From Thermoanaerobaculia bacterium (GTDB lineage Bacteria; Acidobacteriota; Thermoanaerobaculia; Gp7-AA8), in NCBI GenBank assembly GCA_041748075.1, contig JBGTDX010000143.1, positions 49,701-113,700 on the forward strand: a DNA stretch of 64,000 nucleotides, written 5' to 3'. Position numbers and translations under genes: made by a program. This document shows, piece by piece, positions 48,173 through 58,385 of the stretch. Numbering within the stretch: the stretch's first letter is position 1; each line of letters begins with the position of its first letter. The notes under the pieces were generated by a model, which saw nothing but the letters and a program-made list of their open reading frames with translations, was not told the DNA's origin and searched no databases.

Positions 48173-49159
48173 ATGCCGAATCCTGAAGAAGCGCTGCGAC
48201 GGAGAAGTCTGCCTCGCCGCGTCGCAAGCTGGGTCGCGATCCTCATCGCGGTCGTCTTCATTTACCGGGTGGCGACCGTCTACGTCGTGCGGCCGGAAGC
48301 ATGCGCTCCTCCCGAACGTCCGGCCCGTCCGCTCGTCGACGACTCCCGCGACGGCCGCGAGGCCAGATACCCGCCGCGAAGCATGGAGACCGAGCTCACC
48401 GTGGTGACCTACAACATTCAGGGCCATGGGGGCCTGCTGAATTCGAATCACATGAAGGAAGTCGCCGAAGTGATCCGGCAAGTGGATGCAGACGTGGTGG
48501 GACTGCAGGAGATTCACCGCGGCACATGGCAGTCGCGGTTCCTGGATCAAGCCGCTGAGCTCGCGACACAGACTGGAAGGAACGTGGTCTTCGGGCGCAG
48601 CTTCGATTCTTATGGCGGCAGCTACGGGAATGCCGTTCTTTCGCGGAGCAGGATTCCAGGATCGAGGGTGCACCATCTCCCCGGTCGGGGAGAACCGCGA
48701 TCTCTACTCGAGGCGACCGTGATCCTGAACGGAGCTCCGGTCAATGTCTACGTCACGCACCTGACTGCCTGGGGCAGGTTCCAGCGTGCTTCACGAGCCG
48801 CGCAGATTGCCTGTATCGCTGAGATCATCGAACGTTCGGAACATCCGTTCGTTCTGCTCGGCGACTTCAACACGACGCCGGGAAATCCGGAGATCACACC
48901 GCTGACCGCCAGTCCTCTGGTGCGGCAGGCCGTGAATCCCTCGGCGGCCACACACATCCTCACGCAACAACATCTCGATTACATTTTCCCCGACTCCGGC
49001 TGGGACGTGCTGCATGCGAACGTCCTGACCTCGGGGCCTTCCGACCACTGGCCGGTAGTTGCCCGTCTGGTGACCCGAATTCGATCGAACACCACGCAAG
49101 CGACGGATAATCTGACGTCCCGACAGCTGGACGCTGCGGGACAGGGGGACAGGAAATGA
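48173..49159 (+). CDS. Endonuclease/exonuclease/phosphatase family protein, membrane-anchored
   Basis: TYNI, LQE, GNAVLS, THL, GDFN, LDYI and SDH.P. Confidence 0.88.
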   Translation: MPNPEEALRRRSLPRRVASWVAILIAVVFIYRVATVYVVRPEACAPPERPARPLVDDSRDGREARYPPRSMETELTVVTYNIQGHGGLLNSNHMKEVAEVIRQVDADVVGLQEIHRGTWQSRFLDQAAELATQTGRNVVFGRSFDSYGGSYGNAVLSRSRIPGSRVHHLPGRGEPRSLLEATVILNGAPVNVYVTHLTAWGRFQRASRAAQIACIAEIIERSEHPFVLLGDFNTTPGNPEITPLTASPLVRQAVNPSAATHILTQQHLDYIFPDSGWDVLHANVLTSGPSDHWPVVARLVTRIRSNTTQATDNLTSRQLDAAGQGDRK

Positions 49160-50472
49160 ATCCGAGAAAATACTTTGGAATCGAAAAGGTTCGAGGAACG
49201 ACGCACATCTCGGTCCCGCTGGTTCTCTTCGTCTTCCTCGTCGTCGTCCTGTTTGCGCTCGTGGTGATCGTCTGGTCCGTCAAGAAGAAGCCGGATCCCG
49301 AGTTTCATGTCACCAGTCGTGGCGGCATGGTGGATCTATTGCCATCGGTTGCAGGGCTCACGCATGGTTCCGTCCTGAGCGGTAATCGCGTCGAGGTTCT
49401 CCAGGATGGGAAATACTTCGATGCGATGCTGGCGGACATCGCCTCAGCGAAGCAGAGCGTTCACTTCGAGACATTCCTGTGGCACGAAGGACTGATCGGC
49501 CGGAAGCTCGCGCAGGCGTTTGCAGACAGCGCGCGCCGGGGCGTGGAGGTTCGCGTACTTCTGGATGCATCGGGAACGCGTCCCATGGAGGATGAGGTCG
49601 AGCAGTTGATGAAAGACGCGGGCTGCCAGGTGGAAAAGTTTCACACATTCACGCTGGGAAATCTGGGAAGGATCAACAATCGGACGCACCGCAAAATCAC
49701 CGTCATCGACGGTCGAATCGGATATACCGGCGGCCACGGCATCGCGGACGAATGGACAGGCTCCGCCCGCAACAACAAAGAATACCGTGACACTGCCGTA
49801 CGCCTTCAGGGGCCCATCGTCAACAAACTGCAATCCGCTTTTTCCGAGAACTGGGTTCAGGAAACGGGGGAAGCATTCACGGGCGAGAAGTTCTTCCCGG
49901 ACCTCCAGGGAGCCGGACCCACGGATGCGCACCTGGCATATGTAACCCCTTCGGGTGCAGGATCCGCCGTCGAGATCCTCTACTACCTTTCCATCATCGC
50001 CGCCGAGCGCGAAGTCATCATCCAGAATCCTTACTTCCTTCCGGATTCATCAATGATTCAGGTTCTTGGCGAAGCGGTGGCCCGCGGAATTTCAGTCTCC
50101 GTGATGCTTCCTTCGGCCGACGCGACCGATAACGCTCTGGTTCAGCACGCGAGTCATCATCGCTTCGAAGAACTGCTGGAACGCGGGGTTCGTATCTTCG
50201 AGTACGACAAAACGCTGCTGCATCAGAAAGTCATCATCGTCGACGGCATCTGGTCCGCCGTCGGCTCGACGAACTTCGACGACCGGTCGCTGGAGATCAA
50301 CGATGAAGTGAGCGTCGGGATCCTGGATCGCGCGATCGCCACAGAGCTGAAGCGGGCCTACGAAGAAGATCTGCGCCATTCTCGCGAGCTCGAGCTCCAC
50401 GCATGGCGCAAGCGCGGAATATGGCACCGGATGATGGACCGCATTGCCCATCTGGGGAACGAGCAGTTATGA
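49156..50472 (+). CDS. cls: Cardiolipin synthase (PLD family, ClsB-like)
   Basis: Two HKD motifs (HRKITVIDG, HQKVIIVDG..GSTNFD). Confidence 0.88.
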   Translation: MNPRKYFGIEKVRGTTHISVPLVLFVFLVVVLFALVVIVWSVKKKPDPEFHVTSRGGMVDLLPSVAGLTHGSVLSGNRVEVLQDGKYFDAMLADIASAKQSVHFETFLWHEGLIGRKLAQAFADSARRGVEVRVLLDASGTRPMEDEVEQLMKDAGCQVEKFHTFTLGNLGRINNRTHRKITVIDGRIGYTGGHGIADEWTGSARNNKEYRDTAVRLQGPIVNKLQSAFSENWVQETGEAFTGEKFFPDLQGAGPTDAHLAYVTPSGAGSAVEILYYLSIIAAEREVIIQNPYFLPDSSMIQVLGEAVARGISVSVMLPSADATDNALVQHASHHRFEELLERGVRIFEYDKTLLHQKVIIVDGIWSAVGSTNFDDRSLEINDEVSVGILDRAIATELKRAYEEDLRHSRELELHAWRKRGIWHRMMDRIAHLGNEQL

Positions 50473-50542
50473 ATGAGGCCGGTTGGCTGGCTACTCTCAT
50501 TGTTGCTCCCCACCCCTCTGTCGCTATACTCCCCCCTTCATC

Positions 50543-51412
50543 ATGAGCCTTGCGTTCGGGGACAGCGCACGATGGTCAGTCGTCACGCTCCAGGAGAGCG
50601 ATGCGGGACGCGTGCTCGAATACCTCGGACGCAATCCTCTGATGAACGTCTACCTCATCTCCCGGATTCGTGACGATGGCATCGTGGCGAACAGCACTAC
50701 TGAGGTACGACGTAACGGAGAAACCGTCTGCGTGGCTACCCTCGGCTCCAACATCGTCCTCGCATCACAGCCGCCGCGGAACTCCGAGAGTCTCGGGCCG
50801 GCAATGTCCATACTCGCCGAGCGGATCACTGCGAGAGGCATTCCGGTCCGCGCAATCGTCTCGGAAAGCGAGCTGGTCGAGCACCTGTGGCGTCATCTTG
50901 CCTCGAAAGTCGATCCCCCCACGGTGGTCCGGCTCAATCAACCGGTCTATGCGCTCCACCGCAAGCCTGCAGACATGTTTTCCGGACTCTCCAACGTCCG
51001 CTTTTCCACCCTGGCGGATCTCGACGAGTTGGTCCCCGCCTGCGCGGCAATGCACAACGAAGAAGTCGGGATCGATCCACTGGAGCGGGATGCCTTCGGC
51101 TATCGAGAACGGATCAGGGAGCTCATTCTCGGCGGACGGTCACTCATCCTGCGCAGGGAATCCCAAATTGCCTTCAAGTGTGAGCTCTCAGCGGTGACCG
51201 CCTCGGCCGTGCAGATCATGGGAGTCTGGACCGCACCCGCGCTCCGACACCATGGACTCGCGAAGCTCGCGCTGCGGGAAGTCTGCGGACACCTGCTTCA
51301 GCAGGGCAGGAGCATCACACTTTTTGTAAACGACTTCAATGAACCGGCCATCCGCCTCTACCGGTCTCTCGGTTTCGAACAGATCGGAACGAACCGCGCT
51401 CTGATCTGGTAA
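50543..51412 (+). CDS. GNAT acetyltransferase (DUF4081-like)
   Basis: QIMGVWT.P.LRHHGLA, LFVN..N.PA.RLY..LGF. Confidence 0.8.
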   Translation: MSLAFGDSARWSVVTLQESDAGRVLEYLGRNPLMNVYLISRIRDDGIVANSTTEVRRNGETVCVATLGSNIVLASQPPRNSESLGPAMSILAERITARGIPVRAIVSESELVEHLWRHLASKVDPPTVVRLNQPVYALHRKPADMFSGLSNVRFSTLADLDELVPACAAMHNEEVGIDPLERDAFGYRERIRELILGGRSLILRRESQIAFKCELSAVTASAVQIMGVWTAPALRHHGLAKLALREVCGHLLQQGRSITLFVNDFNEPAIRLYRSLGFEQIGTNRALIW

Positions 51413-51426
51413 TCCCCCGTGCGACC

Positions 51427-51490
51427 GGTTCTGGGAGACCCCTGAACCCACAACCCAGAACCCACAACCCAGGACCCAGAACCCAGAACC
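51427..51490. repeat. (G/C)AACCCA heptamer array with short inverted arm
   Basis: GGTTCTGGG, a spacer, then ~6.5 SAACCCA units. Confidence 0.85.
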
Positions 51491-51604
51491 GGGCGGGGCG
51501 GGGGAAGGGGGCGCAATCTTTGCAGAATCGGCAACGTGCCGGGCGCAACAGCGCGGCGAGATCACCGCGGGAGGACCAGCCCGCAAATGGAGGGACGGTC
51601 ACAG

Positions 51605-51817
51605 ATGTCAGAAATAGGCGTAGTCAAATGGTTCAACAACGACAAAGGATTTGGCTTCATCACCCGGGATGGCGGGGAGGATGTATTCGTCCACCACACA
51701 GCCATCGTCAACCAGAGCGGCTACCGCTCCCTCAACGAAGGTGACCGCGTCGAGTTCGACCTCAAGCAGGGACCCAAGGGTCTCCAGGCCGAAAACGTCC
51801 GGAAAGCAGAAGAGTAG
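51605..51817 (+). CDS. csp: Cold-shock protein
   Basis: [20 protein letters not shown] and GPKG.QA.NV. GGAGG RBS. Confidence 0.96.
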   Translation: MSEIGVVKWFNNDKGFGFITRDGGEDVFVHHTAIVNQSGYRSLNEGDRVEFDLKQGPKGLQAENVRKAEE

Positions 51818-51833
51818 TCCCAGCAAGCCCGGC

Positions 51834-51865
51834 GCCGCAACCTTCGGCGTTCTGAAGGTTGCGGC
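51834..51865. terminator. Hairpin between convergent genes
   Basis: Perfect 12-bp stem GCCGCAACCTTC/GAAGGTTGCGGC. No clear U-tract. Confidence 0.55.
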
Positions 51866-51877
51866 AACTGGACAGCC

Positions 51878-52054
51878 TCAACCCTCTTCGGATTCGGATC
51901 GCGTCACAAGGATCGCTCCGAGCATTCCTCCGATCGCCAGTGCCGGGAGGAACTCCCCTTCTCCCCTGAGCACGAACAGAGCCGCAGCGATTCCACCACT
52001 CACGATAATCAACACACGCAGGGTCACGTCCTGCCATACAAAACGGGGCTTCAT
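51878..52054 (-). CDS. Small 58-aa two-TM membrane protein (below ORF-track cutoff)
   Basis: GAGGTG RBS. Translates as MKPRFVWQDVTLRVLIIVSGGIAAALFVLRGEGEFLPALAIGGMLGAILVTRSESEEG. Confidence 0.6.
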   Translation of the reverse strand: MKPRFVWQDVTLRVLIIVSGGIAAALFVLRGEGEFLPALAIGGMLGAILVTRSESEEG

Positions 52055-52125
52055 CTCACACCTCGACCTTGGACAAGTTCTTGTCGAAGAGAAGCGTCCT
52101 GCCTGCCGGCGAATTCCAGAGACGC

Positions 52126-54105
52126 CTACATCCGGGCGGGGACCGGCACTCCGATCAGACTCAGCGCGCGGTGCATCGTCTGTCGGAACACTTCGGCGCA
52201 GGCCGCTCGTCGCTGGCGCTCCGCGGGATCCGTCTCATTGAGGATCGGGAATTTGTGGTAGAACGAGTTGAAGCGCTGAGCAAGCTCGAGAAGGTGGTGG
52301 GTCAGGATCGAAAGCTCCAGGGCGTCGACGGCACGCCGCACCGCGCCAGGGGTCTCCGCGCTCATCCGCACGATCTCCCACATCTCGTCGGCCATCTCTC
52401 CCCCGATGGTCAACTGGTCGATCGAAGCATCATCCACCATGGGATCGACGCCTCGCTCCGTCATCCGGCGGAAAATGTTTTCCGCCCGGACCGTGGAGTA
52501 TTGAAGGTACGGCCCCGAGTCTCCTTCGAACGTCAGCGCCTCGTTGAAGTCGAAAGCGATGACCTTGTTGCGTCCGTACTTGAGCATGAAATAGCGCAGC
52601 GCTCCAACGGCGATCTCTTTGCCCAGGGCGGCCGTATCGAAGCCTGCTTCGCCCGCGTCCTTCCCTTCTCCACTGAGACCTGAAGTGATCGCCTCGGTAG
52701 CCTTTGCCTCCATGGCATCAAGCAGGTCGTCAGCCTTGACGCCCAGTCCCTTCCGGCCCGACATCTCGAGGAACGCCCTGGACGCATCCTCATCCCGAAC
52801 ATTCATTCCGAGGGTCCGGGCCGTCTCCGGCGTGAGCGCCACCATCTCGTAGGAGAAGTGGATCGACCGGGAGGCCTCCTCCGTAAACCCGAGCAGGCGA
52901 AGCCCTTCGCGCACGATCTTCTGCAGGTAGGCCTGCCGGATGTCGATCACGTTGTAGACGGTATCCGCGCCGCCGAAACGCGGCGCATCGGGGTGCAGAT
53001 CGGACTTGCTGGTGGTCTCCCAGAGCACCTTTCCATCCGGATATCGGAGAAACTCCCGATATCCGAAGTTTCGCTCGAGCAGCCCGAACTTCCACAGCTG
53101 GTACGCGATGTCTTTTCCGACGTAGGTTACGGTTCCATTGGATCGCACGAGGATCTTGTCGGGCTCTTCCAGACCTTCGAACTCGGGAGAGTCGGAGAGC
53201 TTCATGACCCAGCAGCCTGCGTGTTTTCCCTCGGTCTCGTAAATTGTCGCGTTCGAGGCTTTGAGCAACTCGAACGCACGGTCCCAGAAGTGCAGCTCGA
53301 GGATGTCGCTCTCTTTGGTCAGGACGTCGTAGATGATGTCCAGACGACGGGCGGTCTCGACGTGATGCCGCACGATGGCTTCGGCAATCAACGCGGCAAG
53401 CCCTGCCGTCGGCCCCTCTCTTTTTTCGATCAGGTGAAGCGTTTCACGCCGCCATTCCAGCGCTTCCGGATTGGACTCGTACATCGCGCCTGTCCGCGCG
53501 TACAGATCCCAGCAGTAGAAGTCGAACCTCTGTTCTCGATCGGCAATTCTCTCTCTGACGAAGTCCTCGCCCACGCCGAGAATCCTTTCGAATCCGACCA
53601 CGACGTCGGCCACCTGGACTCCTGTGTCATCGATGTAATTCTGTGTCTCGACGGTGTAGCCGAGCCAGCGAAGGCATCTGACGAGCGTGTCACCCAGCAC
53701 GGCGTTACGGAGATGTCCGATATGCGCAGCCTTGTTGGGATTGATGTTCGTGTGTTCGACGATGATGCGATCCCGAGCGGGCGGGGGCGGCAGCATCACG
53801 GACCGGAGGTGAGCGGCGGTAAAGCTCCCGCGATCGATCCTGAAGTTCAGATAGCCGGCGCCTTCCACACTCGCGCCGCGCACCAGTGGAGGCAGGTCGA
53901 GCTTCTCGAGTAATGATTCGGCGATCTGACGGGGCGGCTTCTTGAGCGCACGCGCCAGCTCCAAAGCGAGCGGAGTCGCCAGGTCGCCCATCGCGAGCCG
54001 GGGCGGGGCCTGCAGGACCACCCGATCCACCGCATGACCATAGAGGGTGAGAACCCTGTCTTTCAAAGCCTGGGAGATACGTTCTGAAATCTCTTCGAGA
54101 ATCAT
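52126..54105 (-). CDS. argS: Arginine--tRNA ligase
   Basis: EHTNINPNKAAHIGHLRN, MSGRKG and FEGDSGPYLQY. ATGA overlap with the upstream gene. Confidence 0.95.
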   Translation of the reverse strand: MILEEISERISQALKDRVLTLYGHAVDRVVLQAPPRLAMGDLATPLALELARALKKPPRQIAESLLEKLDLPPLVRGASVEGAGYLNFRIDRGSFTAAHLRSVMLPPPPARDRIIVEHTNINPNKAAHIGHLRNAVLGDTLVRCLRWLGYTVETQNYIDDTGVQVADVVVGFERILGVGEDFVRERIADREQRFDFYCWDLYARTGAMYESNPEALEWRRETLHLIEKREGPTAGLAALIAEAIVRHHVETARRLDIIYDVLTKESDILELHFWDRAFELLKASNATIYETEGKHAGCWVMKLSDSPEFEGLEEPDKILVRSNGTVTYVGKDIAYQLWKFGLLERNFGYREFLRYPDGKVLWETTSKSDLHPDAPRFGGADTVYNVIDIRQAYLQKIVREGLRLLGFTEEASRSIHFSYEMVALTPETARTLGMNVRDEDASRAFLEMSGRKGLGVKADDLLDAMEAKATEAITSGLSGEGKDAGEAGFDTAALGKEIAVGALRYFMLKYGRNKVIAFDFNEALTFEGDSGPYLQYSTVRAENIFRRMTERGVDPMVDDASIDQLTIGGEMADEMWEIVRMSAETPGAVRRAVDALELSILTHHLLELAQRFNSFYHKFPILNETDPAERQRRAACAEVFRQTMHRALSLIGVPVPARM

Positions 54106-54719
54106 TCGCCGCCTTCCAGGCTCCAGTGAGTGGTGTCGTTCCAGCGCTGCAGTACGTAGCGATTGGCGCGTCGCTCGAACACATTGATTGCCGCATTGTC
54201 CTGAGCGAAACTGCGCGCGCTCTCGAGAGGCAACTGCAACAGGTTCGTCGCGGCGATGCGGATGGCGGTACCGTGGGAAACCACTACGGGTATCGCCTCT
54301 TTCGCCGCCTCGATCTCGGCAAAGGCGCGCTGCATCCTCTGCATAACGTCGAAATACGATTCGCCGTCGGGACAGGCCAGCCGAGGATCCGCAGCCCATC
54401 GTTTGTAGAAATCCGCCTCATCTTGTCGGACGGTCATGAACGGTACACCCTCCCAGCGACCGCAATTCATCTCCCGCAGGTCCGCGAGCTGGCGAACCTC
54501 GAGCCCGAGCCTGGAAGCGATCGCCTCCGCCGTCGCAACGGCTCTCGGCAGCGTCGAACAGAACACCGCAGTCGGGCCGAAGCCCACCAGCCGCCGCGCC
54601 ACTCCTTCGACCTGCTCAGCGCCCCGATCCGACAGACCGCTGTCGCTCCACCCCTGCGTGATTCCCTGCGAGTTGTGGGTCGTCTCGCCATGGCGGACGA
54701 GTATCAACCGCTCGATCAT
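54102..54719 (-). CDS. Histidine phosphatase family protein
   Basis: LVRHGET, LREMNCGRWEG, GES and VSHG. Confidence 0.9.
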   Translation of the reverse strand: MIERLILVRHGETTHNSQGITQGWSDSGLSDRGAEQVEGVARRLVGFGPTAVFCSTLPRAVATAEAIASRLGLEVRQLADLREMNCGRWEGVPFMTVRQDEADFYKRWAADPRLACPDGESYFDVMQRMQRAFAEIEAAKEAIPVVVSHGTAIRIAATNLLQLPLESARSFAQDNAAINVFERRANRYVLQRWNDTTHWSLEGGE

Positions 54720-56299
54720 TCCGACCCGGCCTTCCCACCCTGCTCCAGCAGAGACCCGGCGGTCATTTCAGCCGGTTGGGCAATGTCGAGGATCTGCAGG
54801 ATCGTGGGGGCCACGTTCTCCAGAGCTCCACGCTGCTTCAACGGACCGAAACGTTCAAGGGGATCGAAGAGAATCAAAGGAACCGGATTGGTCGTGTGGG
54901 CCGTGTGCGGCTGAGAAGTGGACGGGTCGTACATCATCTCGCAGTTCCCGTGATCGGCAGTGATCAGCGCAACGCCTCCCGCGCGCTCAACCGCGGCGGT
55001 GATCCGTCCAAGCGCCTGGTCGGTGAATTCCGCCGCAGCCACAGCCGCTGCCATCGAGCCCGTATGGCCAACCATGTCGGGATTCGCGATGTTCAATACG
55101 ATCACGTCGTATCTTCGGTCATCGATCGCTTCGACCACGCGATCGGTGAGCTCCGGGAGCGACATTTCGGGTTGAAGATCGTACGTGGCGACCTTTGGTG
55201 ACGGCACGAGCACTCTGTCTTCACCGGTAAGCATCTGATCCGAGCCGCCATTGAAAAAGAACGTCACGTGAGCGTATTTCTCCGTCTCCGCAATCCGAAG
55301 TTGTCGCAAGCCCTCTTCGGAAAAGATCTGTCCCAGATGCTTCTCTACGACCGGCGGGGGAAAGAGCATGGGCAGATCCCACTCCTGATGGTACTGGTTC
55401 ATCGTAATCAACTCGACTTCCGGCACGACGGCACGATCGAACTCGTTGAACTCGGGTTCCCGGAAGGCGGCGACGATCTCCCGCATTCGGTCCGCTCTGA
55501 AGTTGAAGAAGACCACGGCATCACCGTCGCGGATCTTGCCGCGATGAGTTCCATTGCCGAGGAGCAGTGCATGCGGCTCCATGAATTCATCGGTGATCCC
55601 GGCTTCATAGTGACGGTCGATCGAGCCGAACGGTGTTTTGGTTTCGATTCCCATTCCGACCGTCATCAGGTCGTAACCCCGCTTGACCCGATCCCACCGG
55701 CGGTCCCGGTCCATCGTGTAGAAGCGTCCGATCATCGTAGACAGATGCACTTGCGGCTTATCGTCGATGTGATCCAGCAGCTTCCGCACATTGTTTTTTG
55801 ACGACATCGGCGGCGCGTCACGACCGTCCAGGATCGCGTGAATGAATACCGAGGGCATGCCGTCCTGCACGGGCATCCCTGCGGCGACTGCCGCATCGAT
55901 GAGCCCGTGCAGATGCTCCTGCAGTGAATGAACGCCGCCATCGGATAGAAGCCCGACAAAATGAATCCACCTGCCGGCGCGTTTCACTCTCTCCAGGGCC
56001 GCGACAAGCACCGGGTTGGCGGCGAGCTCGCCGCCGCTGGCCGCTTTACTGATTCTGATGATGTCCTGATCGACCACCCTGCCCGCGCCAATGTTCAGAT
56101 GGCCGACTTCCGAATTGCCCATCTGTCCTTCAGGCAGCCCGACGCGCAAACCGGAGGCTTCCAGCGTGGTCCAACTGTGGTCCTGAAAGAGCTCGTCCAG
56201 AACCGGCTTCCTGGCCTGAGCCACGGCATTCCATTCGGTCTCGCGGCGGCATCCAAGGCCGTCGATGACGATGAGAATCAGGAAGGGTCGGCTGGTCAT
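54716..56299 (-). CDS. gpmI: 2,3-bisphosphoglycerate-independent phosphoglycerate mutase
   Basis: GQMGNSEVGH, DGRD, AETEKYAHVT, NPDMVGHTG and TADHGN. Start 56299 or 56320. Confidence 0.95.
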   Translation of the reverse strand: MTSRPFLILIVIDGLGCRRETEWNAVAQARKPVLDELFQDHSWTTLEASGLRVGLPEGQMGNSEVGHLNIGAGRVVDQDIIRISKAASGGELAANPVLVAALERVKRAGRWIHFVGLLSDGGVHSLQEHLHGLIDAAVAAGMPVQDGMPSVFIHAILDGRDAPPMSSKNNVRKLLDHIDDKPQVHLSTMIGRFYTMDRDRRWDRVKRGYDLMTVGMGIETKTPFGSIDRHYEAGITDEFMEPHALLLGNGTHRGKIRDGDAVVFFNFRADRMREIVAAFREPEFNEFDRAVVPEVELITMNQYHQEWDLPMLFPPPVVEKHLGQIFSEEGLRQLRIAETEKYAHVTFFFNGGSDQMLTGEDRVLVPSPKVATYDLQPEMSLPELTDRVVEAIDDRRYDVIVLNIANPDMVGHTGSMAAAVAAAEFTDQALGRITAAVERAGGVALITADHGNCEMMYDPSTSQPHTAHTTNPVPLILFDPLERFGPLKQRGALENVAPTILQILDIAQPAEMTAGSLLEQGGKAGSE

Positions 56300-56446
56300 G
56301 ATCTGTATTGCGCGCTTCATCAGGGAGCGATCGGTTCCGAGGCAGAGCAGGCGCGCGCACCTGAGAATCGGCACGATACCAAAATCGGTTTGTGGTTGGG
56401 AACTCGAGACGATGGCCGGACGGCGAGCTACTGCCCGGCCGGTTGG

Positions 56447-56635
56447 TTATGCAGTCTTCTCGCGCTTGAAGACCATTCCGATGTGATCGGTCGCTCCGGT
56501 TTTGAAATTGATCGACGTGATGCTCACCAGCTCCCAGCCCTCATCACCGAGACGGTTCAACTCCTCGGCCCGCCTGGGGTCCATCGAGTAGTTCTCCGAC
56601 CGGACGTTGATGATCTTGTACTCCCACACCTTCAT
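56447..56635 (-). CDS. DUF4177 family small protein
   Basis: WEYK..LNRLGDEGWELVS..FKR. Confidence 0.85.
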   Translation of the reverse strand: MKVWEYKIINVRSENYSMDPRRAEELNRLGDEGWELVSITSINFKTGATDHIGMVFKREKTA

Positions 56636-56814
56636 ATACGTCTCCCCACGCCTTCAATTTTTCGGAAAATTTTCGAGCTCGGCAGTTTAGCACAGCCGGC
56701 CAGGAGCTCCATATGCCGGGAGCGGCAGGCGCGGCCTGGAACGACGTACCGCTCGCCCGTTGCCGGCCGCTCCGTAATCCTTTGGCATCAGGCAAGTTCC
56801 GGCGCGCAGATGCG

Positions 56815-56843
56815 TTGACTTGCCAGACAGCCAATGTTAGCTT
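56815..56843 (+). promoter_or_regulatory. Sigma70-type promoter of the RomR-like gene
   Basis: TTGACT-17 nt-TAGCTT with an extended TGn. Confidence 0.5.
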
Positions 56844-56870
56844 GCTTCGTACATCGGAGCGAAATCACAA

Positions 56871-58385
56871 ATGCCGAAACGAATCCTTCTCGCAGACGAC
56901 AGCATCACCATCCAGAAGGTTGTCGAACTCACTTTCTCGGATGGAGATTACGAAATCGTCTCTGCCAACAACGGCGCACGCGCCCTTCAGAAACTCGCCG
57001 AGTCGATGCCTGACATTATCTTGTCCGACATCATCATGCCGGAGAAAAACGGATATGAGGTCTGCGAGTTCGTCAAATCGCACCCCGAGTATCGCGATAT
57101 CCCGGTCATTCTGCTGACCGGAACGTTCGAGCCCTTCGATCCCGACCGTGCAGAAAAGGCCGGTTGCGATGCCGTCGTCACAAAGCCGTTCGAATCACAG
57201 AGCCTTATCAACAAGGTTGAAGAACTCATCCAGAGGCGCCGTATCCGCCTCGATGAATCGCAGGCTTCGCGAGGTGACGCATTCGTCAGCCAACCCCTCG
57301 ATTCGTTCACTGCCTCACCGGCGATCGAACAGCCCGCGCAGGCCGAATCGCCGGGTATGACCATGCCGTGGCAGATGCCGACCGTAGAGCAGGGCTCCGG
57401 CGAACCCAGCCCCGATGCAGAAGGCCCTTTCTCGGAGCAAGAGCCAACCCCGCTTCCTGCTGCTTCGCAGGAAGAATCACCCTTCGGTTCTGATGGTGGA
57501 TGGCAACCGATCCGCTCCGAGCCCGAACCGTCGGGCGAAGAGTTTCCCGCCGAACCATTCGACCCGAGCCCTTCATCCGACGACACGGAGTCCTCTGCGG
57601 GATTCGAGGGCGAGTCGATCTTTGCCCCGCAGGATGCTCAATCCGAGCCTGAAGACGGTGCCGGCGAAGAATCGGGCGCCGATCTTGTCACCGAGCCTGC
57701 TTCGGCAGACGACGAACCGTTTGCGCCCGCCGAGCAAAGCGCCGAGGTGGCGGCCGAGGACGCTTCAACACGCGCATGGGCCGTTCCCGTCGACGGGGTC
57801 TGGGCCGAGCCGGCCGTAACGGATGAGCACGAAGAGTCCGAGACCGGACGGACCCTTTCGTTCCCCGCGGGCTCCGAACCAGACGCCAGCGAAGAAGCGG
57901 CCCCCTCCGATGAGGCGGTTATTTCGGACAATGAGGCACAGTCGCCCTGGGGTCAGCCCGCCGAGCAGTCGGAAGCCACGCAGCAGGACGATGGGATTTC
58001 AGCGGACCCACCCGTCGTGATTGAAGAAGGCGCCGTACCGAACGACGTCTGGAACGTCGAGCCGGTGGAGGAGGAAAGCTCCCCCGCCGAGCAGGAGCAG
58101 GCCGATCCTGAATCTCTCGTGGCCGCATCGGAGGCCTCCCGGGAGTCGGACCCCTGGAGGTCCGACGAGGAAACCGCAGCTCCTGCCGAGGAAATGCCTT
58201 CAGAGGTGGCATCGACCTCCAGGCAGGCCGGCCGCTCGCTCACCGACGAAGATGTGGAACGGATTGCACGCCGCGTCGTCGAGCTGATGACCGGGGATGT
58301 GGTGAAGAACATCGCATGGGAAGTCGTTCCCGACATCGCCGAGATGGTTGTGCGTGAGCGCGTCCGCGAGCTCGAAGACGACTAG
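56871..58385 (+). CDS. romR: RomR-like response regulator (receiver, acidic disordered linker, RomR-C motif)
   Basis: MPKRILLADDSITIQKVV receiver, ~330 aa E/P/S/A-rich linker, and C-terminal IAWEVVPDIAEMVVRE. Confidence 0.7.
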   Translation: MPKRILLADDSITIQKVVELTFSDGDYEIVSANNGARALQKLAESMPDIILSDIIMPEKNGYEVCEFVKSHPEYRDIPVILLTGTFEPFDPDRAEKAGCDAVVTKPFESQSLINKVEELIQRRRIRLDESQASRGDAFVSQPLDSFTASPAIEQPAQAESPGMTMPWQMPTVEQGSGEPSPDAEGPFSEQEPTPLPAASQEESPFGSDGGWQPIRSEPEPSGEEFPAEPFDPSPSSDDTESSAGFEGESIFAPQDAQSEPEDGAGEESGADLVTEPASADDEPFAPAEQSAEVAAEDASTRAWAVPVDGVWAEPAVTDEHEESETGRTLSFPAGSEPDASEEAAPSDEAVISDNEAQSPWGQPAEQSEATQQDDGISADPPVVIEEGAVPNDVWNVEPVEEESSPAEQEQADPESLVAASEASRESDPWRSDEETAAPAEEMPSEVASTSRQAGRSLTDEDVERIARRVVELMTGDVVKNIAWEVVPDIAEMVVRERVRELEDD

